A stretch of 63,869 nt of DNA, counting the filler, from Lama guanicoe (Eukaryota), in assembly GCA_013239625.1 (NCBI GenBank). It is 178 parts of 178 records of this genome, joined end to end, with 100 filler letters (N's around TTAATTAATTAA, not from the genome) between each part and the next. Parts side by side here need not be neighbours in the genome. Positions count along the whole stretch, not along the records: positions 38,778 to 39,037 come from PNXV01049901.1; positions 39,138 to 39,397 come from PNXV01049902.1; positions 39,498 to 39,757 come from PNXV01049903.1; positions 39,858 to 40,117 come from PNXV01049904.1; positions 40,218 to 40,477 come from PNXV01049905.1; positions 40,578 to 40,837 come from PNXV01049906.1; positions 40,938 to 41,197 come from PNXV01049907.1; positions 41,298 to 41,557 come from PNXV01049908.1; 170 more parts are not named here. The stretch is one strand, 5' to 3'. The notes below the pieces were generated by a model. It saw nothing but the letters and a program-made list of their open reading frames with translations. It did no database searches and had not been told where the DNA came from. This document shows positions 38,678 through 51,735 of this stretch, piece by piece. The translations under genes and the position numbers were made by a program. The first letter of the stretch is position 1. The number at the start of each line of letters is the position of its first letter.

Positions 38678-41124
38678 NNNNNNNNNNNNNNNNNNNNNNN
38701 NNNNNNNNNNNNNNNNNNNNNTTAATTAATTAANNNNNNNNNNNNNNNNNNNNNNNNNNNNNNNNNNNNNNNNNNNNTTTGATCAAAAGAGAAATTGACC
38801 CCCGTTTCTTAAAAACTTGAAGATAATAGGCTAAGGAATATCAGGTGTACAACCCACAATAGTATTTACACTACATTAATAAGCATAGGAGAAAAGGCGG
38901 TCCACCTGGTATATCAGACATACAAAGACGGCGCCTCTGAAGATGCTCTAAGATACTACTGTTGATCAGTACTGGAAATGCCACTTTTCAAGATTGGCTT
39001 TGTTGTTCTACAGCTAAAGTTTCATTTTTCAGAAGGGNNNNNNNNNNNNNNNNNNNNNNNNNNNNNNNNNNNNNNNNNNNNTTAATTAATTAANNNNNNN
39101 NNNNNNNNNNNNNNNNNNNNNNNNNNNNNNNNNNNNNCGAATTCCTGCTCTGCTCTTCACAAATGGGGAACGTGGCAAAATACAACTACTCTGGGCCTCA
39201 GAGACCTCATCCCGATGAGAGATTTGCTGCTGTACATGCAAATACTTGCAAAACATGACAGCAGTGCCTGGACAACAAAAATCCTTATACATGATATGTA
39301 TTGTTATTATATAATAACCGTAATGACAGTATTCAGCAGATGTTACTAAACTTACGTAATTTTACTTAGCTCATAAGTAAAATTAAGAGCAACCATANNN
39401 NNNNNNNNNNNNNNNNNNNNNNNNNNNNNNNNNNNNNNNNNTTAATTAATTAANNNNNNNNNNNNNNNNNNNNNNNNNNNNNNNNNNNNNNNNNNNNCCT
39501 ATGCTGTTAATTCTGTACAGTGCAACAAACATTTGCACATATACTCTACCCCAAACATGAAACCCAGCACTGAGGACATTAATATTTCATGTAGACAATG
39601 AGAACAAGAGAAGTATTTTAAGTATACCTAAGGATGGATTAATTCTGTCTTAGTGTTAGAGAAGATTCATAGAGACAGTGATATTTGAGCCAGGCCTTGA
39701 AAAAGTAAAAGGATTTTGTTAGGGATAAAAAAAGAAATGATAAATTCCAAGCAGAAGNNNNNNNNNNNNNNNNNNNNNNNNNNNNNNNNNNNNNNNNNNN
39801 NTTAATTAATTAANNNNNNNNNNNNNNNNNNNNNNNNNNNNNNNNNNNNNNNNNNNNAAAAAATAGAATATAAATATGAAGAGAATACACAAAAAAGCCA
39901 AAATCTGGTCCTTTGAGTAGAAGAATAAAGTTAGCAACCTCCTACCATGTGGTGGCATTTATATGAGTGTGTACCTCTGTCAAAAGTGATCTACTGTACG
40001 TTTTAAAATGGTGCATTCTACTGTATGTAAATTATACCTTAAGAAGTGGATTTAAAAATAAAAATATGTTTATATTAATTTGCTTTGGATTTTTCTTTTT
40101 CATATTTCTTATTCAAGNNNNNNNNNNNNNNNNNNNNNNNNNNNNNNNNNNNNNNNNNNNNTTAATTAATTAANNNNNNNNNNNNNNNNNNNNNNNNNNN
40201 NNNNNNNNNNNNNNNNNAGTGGGGAGACCAGTGGGGAGACCGTGGGAGTCACACAGGCAGGAGGACCGGGCTGAGGTTGGGGCTGGGAGGTGGAGGAGGG
40301 GGAGGCACGTCAAATGCAGTTGGTTGAATTGAGAAGAGCGACAAGCGGAGGGGGTGGACGATGGCGACCGTTGGGGGCAAGGGAACGGCGGCAAGCTGCC
40401 CCCATCCCTCCAGGACCCCTGTCAGCCCAGGTTCTGGAATCACGGGGGCCCCACCCTCATGTCTGTGGGAGCCCCAGNNNNNNNNNNNNNNNNNNNNNNN
40501 NNNNNNNNNNNNNNNNNNNNNTTAATTAATTAANNNNNNNNNNNNNNNNNNNNNNNNNNNNNNNNNNNNNNNNNNNNGCCCAAGGCACAGCCCTTTCTCC
40601 AGAACGCCACCCAGACCCACTCTGATTGACGCCGCCCGCGGTCGCCTTACCCCAGGAAGCTGGGATCCACACCCCACGTGCTCTTATATTAGGTCCACTA
40701 GCCTGGGGGTTTTGCCACCATTACCCTGGTCCCCAGAGCCCCAACACTGCACCCGGACCTCAACAGGCATGCGTAAGTAGTGGGCATATAACCAAGCAAA
40801 CGGTCAAACGACAGAACGAAACCAGTGGCGCTGCTCCNNNNNNNNNNNNNNNNNNNNNNNNNNNNNNNNNNNNNNNNNNNNTTAATTAATTAANNNNNNN
40901 NNNNNNNNNNNNNNNNNNNNNNNNNNNNNNNNNNNNNAGAGAGAGAGAGAGCCTGTCACAAAGTTAATGAAATTAGTGGATATGCATTATGTCTCCAGGG
41001 CCTAGGCATCTAATGTGACCCAGAGCTGTGTAGAAAGTAATGTACATACTCTGGTGGCAAAAATACAGGAAAATATTTCACTCTCTTTGACATCTCAAAA
41101 GTCTTGCTGTTGCAGAAAAGTGTA

Positions 41125-41184
41125 TTACAGCTCAGCATTACAACTCAATGTTACAGCTCGGTGTTACAGCTCAGTTGTGACAGC
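41125..41184 (+). repeat. Short ~13-bp tandem repeat (TTACAGCTCRGTG-like), probably inside an ERV LTR
   Basis: ttacagctcagca / ttacaactcaatg / ttacagctcggtg / ttacagctcagttg / tgacagc. Confidence 0.7.
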
Positions 41185-42737
41185 AACCTGGATCTGGNNN
41201 NNNNNNNNNNNNNNNNNNNNNNNNNNNNNNNNNNNNNNNNNTTAATTAATTAANNNNNNNNNNNNNNNNNNNNNNNNNNNNNNNNNNNNNNNNNNNNGGC
41301 CAACTCCAGGATTCAAACTCAGGTCTGCCCAATTCCAAATCCCATGCGCCTTTCTCCATACTTGTTTCTAAACTTGGTTTATCATCAGAATCTCCTGGAA
41401 TTGAAAAAAAAAAACCAAAACAAAACTTCCTGGGCTATTCACTGGGGATTGAGATTCAGCAGGTCTGGGACATGTCCTGGGAGGACGGAATATATATATT
41501 TATATTTATATGTATTTACATGTATATATATTTAATTAATAAAATTTATATTTTAGANNNNNNNNNNNNNNNNNNNNNNNNNNNNNNNNNNNNNNNNNNN
41601 NTTAATTAATTAANNNNNNNNNNNNNNNNNNNNNNNNNNNNNNNNNNNNNNNNNNNNTAAAATATTAAAAATTATTACATAATATTTATGAGAAAAGAGC
41701 AAAAATCCAAAAAAAATTGATCAATGGATATAAATAAGCAATTTGGGATAGAAAAAAATATGAAGGAAAATTGAAAATAGAAAAGACAGGCACCTCTCTC
41801 ATCATTAAAGAAACAAAAATTAAAACAACCAAGGTAATACTATATCTACTATTTGTTTGGCAGAGTTAAAAGTAATCACCTTAGCTGTTAGGAACACTGC
41901 CTCTGCAGCTGGAATCTNNNNNNNNNNNNNNNNNNNNNNNNNNNNNNNNNNNNNNNNNNNNTTAATTAATTAANNNNNNNNNNNNNNNNNNNNNNNNNNN
42001 NNNNNNNNNNNNNNNNNCCCCATCCCACCTGGGAAATACGGTAGCTGCTCTTCTATGCACCCAGTCTGCTGTATTTGCGGAAGGGCTGGCTGCTAGGGCT
42101 CATTGCTGGGCTAAGGCACGGGCCTCCCAATTACCAAGGGGTGTCAGTGCCATATGAGCCAGGATGTGAGAGACAGAGCTGTCTCAGTTTCTGGCGGGTG
42201 AACCCAAATGTCTTTCCACATGTCCTGAACTCATAAGGGCTTATTCATAATCATCCACCCTTCTGCTACACATTGTTNNNNNNNNNNNNNNNNNNNNNNN
42301 NNNNNNNNNNNNNNNNNNNNNTTAATTAATTAANNNNNNNNNNNNNNNNNNNNNNNNNNNNNNNNNNNNNNNNNNNNAAAAAATAAAATTAGAAATAAAA
42401 TATACATATAATCGATGTGTATAATTTTAGGTAGATATATAACATTATTTTATTAAATATATAAATTTAACTTACTAGATTTTTAAAATAAATATATAAA
42501 ATTTTATATATTACATATATAGTTAATGGAGACCCAGATACTGGGGGCGGCTGAGTCACCACAGTCTGACTCACACCCTGGAGGAGTGGTGGAGGTTACA
42601 AGGGGTTGAAAGTGCAGTGACTGAACCCCTTGCTCAGNNNNNNNNNNNNNNNNNNNNNNNNNNNNNNNNNNNNNNNNNNNNTTAATTAATTAANNNNNNN
42701 NNNNNNNNNNNNNNNNNNNNNNNNNNNNNNNNNNNNN

Positions 42738-42996
42738 GAACAAATAATCCAAAAATTTATATGGAATCACAAAAGACCCAGAATCATCAAAGCAATACTG
42801 AAGAAAATGAACAAAGCTGGATAAATAACCCTCTCAGACATCAGATGATATTACAAAGCTACAATATTCAAAACAGCGTGATATTGGCACAAAAACAGAC
42901 ATATAGATGAATGGCTCAGAATAGAGACCAGAAATAAACCGACACAACTATGGTCAATTAATCTTCAACAAAGGAGGCAAGAATATACAATGGAGA
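42738..42996 (+). mobile_element. L1 ORF2 fragment, disabled
   Basis: EQIIQKFIWNHKRPRIIKAILKKMNKAG*ITLSDIR*YYKAT...YWHKNRHID with in-frame stops. Confidence 0.93.
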
Positions 42997-43899
42997 NNNN
43001 NNNNNNNNNNNNNNNNNNNNNNNNNNNNNNNNNNNNNNNNTTAATTAATTAANNNNNNNNNNNNNNNNNNNNNNNNNNNNNNNNNNNNNNNNNNNNACAT
43101 GGCTCCTAGGCAGAACAATGGACAGAAAACCTTTAGCTGTTTCTACTACAAAGAACTTCAGCAGCGGGCCAAATGAGGCTTTCTGGTGCTTGTCTAATCA
43201 AAGCATGCACTGGAAATGAAAAAAATATAAAGCTGCTTCTTCTCCCACTGTGATTTTTATTCTGGGCCACCATATTTCTCTTACACACAATACTTTAAAC
43301 ATTTCTTTCAAATTAACTTCTGAAATTAGAACAGACAATGTCCTGGGACAACCTCCNNNNNNNNNNNNNNNNNNNNNNNNNNNNNNNNNNNNNNNNNNNN
43401 TTAATTAATTAANNNNNNNNNNNNNNNNNNNNNNNNNNNNNNNNNNNNNNNNNNNNGTGGGGCTGGGGGGCTCCGGGAGACCTCCCCACAGCCACGTCCA
43501 GAAAAAGCTTCCGCCCATAACTCACCCTTGGTGCTAGCACTGTTTATCCTGGCCCCTGTCCGGTCTAAAATAGTCTGGAATCGTGTTCCAGTGCTTCATA
43601 TCCACATCCCCAGACGGCACCGGAACTTTCATAAATTAGTGATTAAGGCAACAGCCAGATCAATAAAGCATCTCCGGCCGGCTGGGCCCAGCTCCTCCGG
43701 GCCTGCAGGGAGGTCGNNNNNNNNNNNNNNNNNNNNNNNNNNNNNNNNNNNNNNNNNNNNTTAATTAATTAANNNNNNNNNNNNNNNNNNNNNNNNNNNN
43801 NNNNNNNNNNNNNNNNTAAGAGACTTTGCTCTCACGCTCAGTGAATTAAAACTCAGAAAAAGTGGTCCTTCACCCTCAGCAACTGAGAGGTAGCCTGAT

Positions 43900-43936
43900 T
43901 GTGTGTGTGTGTGTGTGCGCGCACGCGTGTGTGTGT
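43900..43936 (+). repeat. (GT)n/(GC) microsatellite
   Basis: Dinucleotide run. Confidence 0.85.
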
Positions 43937-44536
43937 AAATCAAATACAATCAAATCTGGGATGTGTACAGATTTTTTTTGTTACTGTCATTTCATGAGGA
44001 TGAGCCAACCTTTAAAGTAATTTGAATATAGTGTTCTGAGAGAGTCTCAGGTTCTTTTGGTGAAGGAGGGGAAAGGNNNNNNNNNNNNNNNNNNNNNNNN
44101 NNNNNNNNNNNNNNNNNNNNTTAATTAATTAANNNNNNNNNNNNNNNNNNNNNNNNNNNNNNNNNNNNNNNNNNNNATGTGTCCTGTAGTTTTATCTTAA
44201 TAGTTAATGATTTCCAATAATTCCTAAAGAGATGTTCATGGTGTGTCCCCAATCTGTCAAAAGTAGTTCGGAGGCCTGACTCACATCTGCTTGTGTTTCT
44301 CTTTCACTTTCAGGGTGTGGGAGGAGCCCTGAGCCGGTATGTTTACTTTCTGCATCAGAGAAGGGGTTGGGAGAGGCCGAGGTGGTTGTCGAGATAGCCC
44401 TCCTAAGAGCTTTCTGTTCTGTGCCCTTCTCAGAAGNNNNNNNNNNNNNNNNNNNNNNNNNNNNNNNNNNNNNNNNNNNNTTAATTAATTAANNNNNNNN
44501 NNNNNNNNNNNNNNNNNNNNNNNNNNNNNNNNNNNN

Positions 44537-44705
44537 TTCCAATAAGCACTTTATTTATGGAGGCTTAAATTTGAATTTTATATAATGGTCATATGTCACC
44601 AAATATTCTTCTTCTCTTTCCAGTCATGCAAAAACAACTTTGACCCCAGGAACTGTACAAAAGCAGGCACTGGGCTGGATCTGCCCCATGGACCACTGTC
44701 TGCCT
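44537..44705. mobile_element. MER58-like hAT-Charlie fragment
   Basis: ttccaataa...ctttatttatg...aaatttgaatttt...gtacaaaagcaggcactgggctggatctgcccc. Confidence 0.65.
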
Positions 44706-45256
44706 TAGATCCTAGTGCTTACAGCATGATTTTATACACCTCACATGGGTATAATGGAGCCACACTGCAGAACCCTCAAGTTCTCTCTGACCACTGNNNN
44801 NNNNNNNNNNNNNNNNNNNNNNNNNNNNNNNNNNNNNNNNTTAATTAATTAANNNNNNNNNNNNNNNNNNNNNNNNNNNNNNNNNNNNNNNNNNNNCCAC
44901 CATCTGGCTCTGTTTCTATGACCGACTATTTCAGATACATCACAGGAGTAGAATAACACACCAGTTGTCCCTCTAGGGCTGGCCTATATCACCCATCATA
45001 ATATCCCCCAGGTTCACCCGTGGTTTCACGCATGGCAAGATTTCCTTCTGTTTTAAGCCCAAGTGATATTTAACTCTATGTACCCATCACGTTTTCTTTA
45101 TCCATCGATCCAATGATGGACATTTAGGTTGTTTTTATGTGTTGGCTATGGTGACTNNNNNNNNNNNNNNNNNNNNNNNNNNNNNNNNNNNNNNNNNNNN
45201 TTAATTAATTAANNNNNNNNNNNNNNNNNNNNNNNNNNNNNNNNNNNNNNNNNNNN

Positions 45257-45515
45257 TTTTAGGGTTTTGTGTATATAGCATTTTGTCCTATGTGTATAAT
45301 GTAAATTTTACCTCTTCTTTTCCAATTTGGATCCCTTGTATTTCTTTTTCTTGCCTGATTTCTGTGGCTAGAACTTCCAAGACTATGTTGAATAGAAACG
45401 GTGAGAGTGGGCGTCTTTGTTTTGTTCCGGATTTTAGTGGGAAGGTTTTTAGGTTTTCACTCTGAATACTGTGCTGGGTGTAGGTTTTTCGTAAATAGCT
45501 TGTATTATGTTGAAA
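45257..45515 (-). mobile_element. L1 ORF2 (RT region) fragment
   Basis: ttttacctcttcttttccaatttggatccct...gtggctagaacttccaagactatgttgaatagaaacggtgagagtgggc. Confidence 0.92.
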
Positions 45516-45804
45516 NNNNNNNNNNNNNNNNNNNNNNNNNNNNNNNNNNNNNNNNNNNNTTAATTAATTAANNNNNNNNNNNNNNNNNNNNNNNNNNNNN
45601 NNNNNNNNNNNNNNNGAGGATGCTAATTATACAGGAAGAAACCTGCTGTCAAACCAATTTACTCAAAGTATATCAGTATTTTCAAATGAAAATATACTGA
45701 AATGAGCAGAAACTTTATCAGGATCAATTTGTGAATACTGCCTTCCCAAAGTACACTGCACGATAAAGCAGAAGTTATTGTCTTTGACAGCTTTACATCA
45801 TTGT

Positions 45805-45875
45805 ATTATTTTATTTTGGCAAGGAAGGGAGAAAATTAGGTTTATTTGCTTTTAACGGAGGTACTGGGGATTGAA
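45805..45875 (-). mobile_element. Vic-1-like SINE 3' half
   Basis: Reverse complement ttcaatccccagtacctccgttaaaagcaaataaacctaatt, same family as 27997-28104. Confidence 0.75.
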
Positions 45876-45975
45876 NNNNNNNNNNNNNNNNNNNNNNNNN
45901 NNNNNNNNNNNNNNNNNNNTTAATTAATTAANNNNNNNNNNNNNNNNNNNNNNNNNNNNNNNNNNNNNNNNNNNN

Positions 45976-46235
45976 TCGTCCCAGGCACCTGGCGCGTCCT
46001 GGCCCTTTCCCCCTACATGGTCAGCGGAGCTTCCCCACGCGAAAGAGCTCACGCAAACGCTCGGGGAGACTGCAGCGGCGAATGGTGAGGAGGTAACGGG
46101 AGCCGACCCGAACGGGAAGAGGAAGCATCGACTCCACCACGGGCCTCCCCACTGCTTCGGACTAGTCTGTGCGGCTGCGCCCGCGGGGGCCGCCGGCAAC
46201 GAACTGAACTCGGCTTCGGGCCCGGCGGCTCGGGG
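45976..46235. promoter_or_regulatory. CpG island fragment
   Basis: High GC, abundant CpG; no CDS recognised. Confidence 0.55.
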
Positions 46236-46695
46236 NNNNNNNNNNNNNNNNNNNNNNNNNNNNNNNNNNNNNNNNNNNNTTAATTAATTAANNNNNNNNN
46301 NNNNNNNNNNNNNNNNNNNNNNNNNNNNNNNNNNNTTTTCATGGTGCCATTGTTCAGTATTGCATGATTCACCCTCATTAGTGATTTTAAAAATAAATAT
46401 TAACATAGTTAATAATTACAACACCAGCTTATTAAACTGGGGTCAGAAAAGTTTGGTTTTGTAACCTTTAGAACTTAAATGAACCCATGTCTCAGTGAAC
46501 ACTTTAACCAGGACAAAACAAAGCACTAATTTGTTGTCTAACTCACATAGCTCTAACTCTAATAGCACCACACCAGCATCTTTTGAATAAAAAAANNNNN
46601 NNNNNNNNNNNNNNNNNNNNNNNNNNNNNNNNNNNNNNNTTAATTAATTAANNNNNNNNNNNNNNNNNNNNNNNNNNNNNNNNNNNNNNNNNNNN

Positions 46696-46955
46696 AGGAC
46701 CCGCTGGCCCAGGAAGCTAAGGACCCTGTTGGAGGCCAGTGACCAGCCCCCTTCCAGGAACTGAAAATGCCCCTCGGCTTTGTTTTCACTTTTGCTCTCG
46801 TTTCTGTTCCTCGAGAGAGAGTGCTGCTGTTGCAGGAGCGCGCGTCTCCCACCGCCCGCCTGCGGTGGGGCCGAGGGTCACAGACGCGGCCCAGGGCCCG
46901 CCGCCTGCGTCCCCCCCAGCTCTGCGGCAGGCTGGCTGGGACCCGGGCCCCACAC
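46696..46955. promoter_or_regulatory. CpG-rich fragment
   Basis: GC- and CpG-rich 3' half. Confidence 0.4.
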
Positions 46956-48938
46956 NNNNNNNNNNNNNNNNNNNNNNNNNNNNNNNNNNNNNNNNNNNNT
47001 TAATTAATTAANNNNNNNNNNNNNNNNNNNNNNNNNNNNNNNNNNNNNNNNNNNNATATTAGTAAAGCTTTGTTTCTTTTAAATTTTAATAAATATAGAT
47101 ATAAGTTATAACATTTTTTTCAACAACCAAGAGACTCTGGTGTTCCCCACTGGGTGTGAACTCCTTCTTTAAAGACGACTGTAATTTGGAAGAAGGGCAG
47201 GTTACGTCCACATAAGGATAGAGTTAAATTAAAAAAAAAACCAAACTGAGATGGGAGCTTTCATGATGGGAGAATATTGTCAACCATTTGGGGTGCTTAG
47301 ACAGAAAGGCAGAGTNNNNNNNNNNNNNNNNNNNNNNNNNNNNNNNNNNNNNNNNNNNNTTAATTAATTAANNNNNNNNNNNNNNNNNNNNNNNNNNNNN
47401 NNNNNNNNNNNNNNNTCAGATTACCTTCTTGAAGGGATCTCTAAGGATGGAGAGCATCCTCAGCTCTTCCTGGGTCCTCTTCCTCACTCCCGGAACAATA
47501 ATACATCACGGAAATGTGCTCTGTGTGCCACTAACACCGAGCAGAGCCAGCAGGCAGCACCCTCAGGGCGCTCAGGTCCCAGTCTCCCCCACCAGAGCCT
47601 GCTGTCTGACTTACTCCTGTGGGACATCAGCCTGTGACCTTCCAGAGGGCAAGGAATCTGCCACGGTTGATTAAANNNNNNNNNNNNNNNNNNNNNNNNN
47701 NNNNNNNNNNNNNNNNNNNTTAATTAATTAANNNNNNNNNNNNNNNNNNNNNNNNNNNNNNNNNNNNNNNNNNNNCCCACCAACTTTGAATTCTATGTTC
47801 AGCGAAATAATCTTTTAAAAACAAAGAGCAATAAACACGTTCTCAGACAAAAACTGAAGAAATCATTTCCAGTATACTTGCATGTAAAATGTAAAGGCAG
47901 AAGGAAAATTGAGGTCAAAAACTTGGATCTACAAGAAGACCACTGGAGGATAAATGAAGGTAAAATGAAAACTTTTATTTTTCTTAATCTTAATCGATAT
48001 AAAAGATACCTGTTTAAAGTAATAATGATAAAAAANNNNNNNNNNNNNNNNNNNNNNNNNNNNNNNNNNNNNNNNNNNNTTAATTAATTAANNNNNNNNN
48101 NNNNNNNNNNNNNNNNNNNNNNNNNNNNNNNNNNNAGCACGACTGGTGGCCCCACGCTTAGAAGAAAAGAGTCTCCAGTTCCCATATCGTAAGCAGTGTC
48201 AATATGTCACAGACACTGTCCATGCATACAATATGAGTGTGTTCAGGGCTGGCCGCGGCTGTGAACCGCAGGAGTGGAATGAAAGTTAGGACAGAGACAA
48301 AGCGAAGTTGTCCTTTTAAGTGAGGGCAGAAGTGCCAGGGAACACAGAGAGGCATCTAGCATCTCCTAATTGCATCCCGTCTGCCCTGGTGATGCNNNNN
48401 NNNNNNNNNNNNNNNNNNNNNNNNNNNNNNNNNNNNNNNTTAATTAATTAANNNNNNNNNNNNNNNNNNNNNNNNNNNNNNNNNNNNNNNNNNNNTGAGA
48501 TGGGGGTCAGAGTCATTTCTCTCCCCTCCCCCCCAATATGCAGGTGTCAACCTCTTGTGATTTTTCCTTAGACGCCATCTTGTTCATAGTTCGTTCATAA
48601 GATGACTGAAGGGGAAGCTAGGAAAGAGAACTTGTCATCTTTTGATTACTTAGTCTCCATTTCTATTTCTTTGATCTAGGAAGCAACCAACATGTTAGAC
48701 AAGGTTTTGTGTGATCAAAAGATTTGAAAGGTGCTCTAGGGCTGGGGTTGAGCAGNNNNNNNNNNNNNNNNNNNNNNNNNNNNNNNNNNNNNNNNNNNNT
48801 TAATTAATTAANNNNNNNNNNNNNNNNNNNNNNNNNNNNNNNNNNNNNNNNNNNNTTTTTGGCAAAGAGGGTCATACTAAGAAATTAGTATTTCCTCTTC
48901 AGCATCATTTTGTGTTGTTTTTGATTTTTCCCTTGCAG

Positions 48939-49115
48939 TCACTCAGGTGTCTTCCAACACGGACGGGGACAAGACGTCAGTCACTAGGAAGATGGGATGG
49001 TCTTTTGAAATGACTTGTGATCTTAATACACAAAGTGCCTACTATATCCACTGGTATAAATTCCGGGAGGGGACGGCCCCACGACGCCTCTTCTACTATG
49101 ATGTCTACTACAAAA
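48939..49115 (+). CDS. TRGV: T-cell receptor gamma variable gene V-exon (partial)
   Basis: Acceptor tttttcccttgcag then [58 protein letters not shown]; conserved first Cys, YIHWY and APxRLxYYD resemble human TRGV1-8 and ruminant TRGV3-type genes. Confidence 0.9.
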
Positions 49116-51735
49116 NNNNNNNNNNNNNNNNNNNNNNNNNNNNNNNNNNNNNNNNNNNNTTAATTAATTAANNNNNNNNNNNNNNNNNNNNNNNNNNNNN
49201 NNNNNNNNNNNNNNNTAATTGCCCATGTACTTGGCTGGGAGGACCACAGGGGCATGAATCCGCAAAGACCATGCCCCGCACATACGAGGTGCTCTATGAA
49301 CGTCTTCTGAATGAATGAAAGGATGTCACTGGGCCACGGGGATACACTTTCTTGGCAACCCCAGGACCTAGAAAGTCCACAGCAGTAAGAGGGCTGAGAA
49401 GGGGAGGGAGCACATGTGAACAACCAAGCACCGCCCACGTGCACTGAGAGCCCAGACTCGCAGCAGAAAAGGTCTNNNNNNNNNNNNNNNNNNNNNNNNN
49501 NNNNNNNNNNNNNNNNNNNTTAATTAATTAANNNNNNNNNNNNNNNNNNNNNNNNNNNNNNNNNNNNNNNNNNNNCATTTTTTAATATATTTGGAAATGG
49601 GCTGAGTGTGTAGCACAATTATGAGCAACTAAAACTGTCTCATTGCAAGAAAAAAATACATTTTTAATACTTCACTGACACAGTAAACGCTATCCCCAAA
49701 GAGCTGCGGAAATTCTTAAGAAGTCTTAATTTGCAACAGGGCTGGATGCTTTGGCAGGAGCGCTGTGATATACCACACAAACCTACGTCTCAGGCCCTAG
49801 ATGCTTAGTGTTTCACTCATTCAACAATTATTATGNNNNNNNNNNNNNNNNNNNNNNNNNNNNNNNNNNNNNNNNNNNNTTAATTAATTAANNNNNNNNN
49901 NNNNNNNNNNNNNNNNNNNNNNNNNNNNNNNNNNNATCTTAAAGAAGTGGAAACAGTACCCAACTCATAGGAAGATTATGAAGGATAAGTTCGTTTAAAA
50001 CCACTAAAATAATGATTGTCACAGGTAGTCCTTAACTGGCTATTTCTAAATTGATTAACATCACCATTGTGGTTCTAAGAAACAAGTTCTGGAGTTGTCT
50101 ATTACCAATCTTTAGGGAAAAATTTCCTAAAGTCTTTCATGTTCACTTTTAATAATGTTAAAATACTGTTTCTAGTCTTACAAGTAATGTAGAATNNNNN
50201 NNNNNNNNNNNNNNNNNNNNNNNNNNNNNNNNNNNNNNNTTAATTAATTAANNNNNNNNNNNNNNNNNNNNNNNNNNNNNNNNNNNNNNNNNNNNTTTAG
50301 GACCAAAATCTAAGAGGACTTCTATCTTCTAACAAATTGTCCACAAGCCTTTTAAACAGGTGATTCTTAAAAAAAAAAAAAGTTTAGTGCTGGGCTGCAA
50401 ATAAGTAGGATTCATATAACTTCACCAGACACACTGAATGTGGAAAGAATAAGGAGGAAAAACAAAAAGCCATACATAATATCTTCAAAGTTACGTTGCA
50501 CACAGTAGAACACGTTAGCCAAGGTGAGTGTCACATCAACATGACGCCTGAGTGGNNNNNNNNNNNNNNNNNNNNNNNNNNNNNNNNNNNNNNNNNNNNT
50601 TAATTAATTAANNNNNNNNNNNNNNNNNNNNNNNNNNNNNNNNNNNNNNNNNNNNGGTAGGAATGATAAATAAACCTTTGTTATTTTAAGCAAAGAGATT
50701 TTGGGGTCATTTGTTACTGCAGCATAACTTGCCTTATCCTGTCTCATAATCCATATAAGTGATTGACATCAGCAGCTAAAATTCCCATTTCTCTATCTGC
50801 ATGTGGAGGACTTTCTGGTGTCCTTTCAGGAGCTCACACTCTGCTGATCCTTCTAACAGACTATCATTCCATTTCTGGGATCCTAGACAAGAGGGACTCC
50901 TCCAAGGGCTTGGCANNNNNNNNNNNNNNNNNNNNNNNNNNNNNNNNNNNNNNNNNNNNTTAATTAATTAANNNNNNNNNNNNNNNNNNNNNNNNNNNNN
51001 NNNNNNNNNNNNNNNTAAAAATAATAACAAAAGATAACACTGAAGTGTTTTCAACCATCAAACTCCTTACGCTGGGCTTTCCTGTGGCTGTGTTTACTGT
51101 TCTGAGTGTCAATAGCGTGCCAGCGTTTAGTTTGTTCTGATGCTGAGAAGTGTGTACATGTTCGCGTACACATTTAGTGAATTTATAAGGCTGTCAGAAG
51201 GCTAAAATTCCAAACCTGTGGCCCTCATGGGAACTTCTGGGATATATAAACTCTTTAAGCCGAAACTTAAAATCTNNNNNNNNNNNNNNNNNNNNNNNNN
51301 NNNNNNNNNNNNNNNNNNNTTAATTAATTAANNNNNNNNNNNNNNNNNNNNNNNNNNNNNNNNNNNNNNNNNNNNCCAGATCCGTGCTTGGGAGGGGTCA
51401 TCCCCTGAAAGACAAGTTGGAGCCTGTGCTCCACCAGCTGCTCCCTGGGTGGCAGCAGGGCACACGTGAGTACAGTGGGCGTTCGTACAGGGCGCCGAGT
51501 GCCAGGGCCACGGGATGGAGACTCGAGACTGCTTCCTGCAGCAGTGCCCACGGCAGGGCCGTGCAGAGGGACATGTGGGTGGGGGGCCTGTTGGGCGTGA
51601 ACCACGAGGGAGGGGCAAGACCCTGTGGCATCTCANNNNNNNNNNNNNNNNNNNNNNNNNNNNNNNNNNNNNNNNNNNNTTAATTAATTAANNNNNNNNN
51701 NNNNNNNNNNNNNNNNNNNNNNNNNNNNNNNNNNN

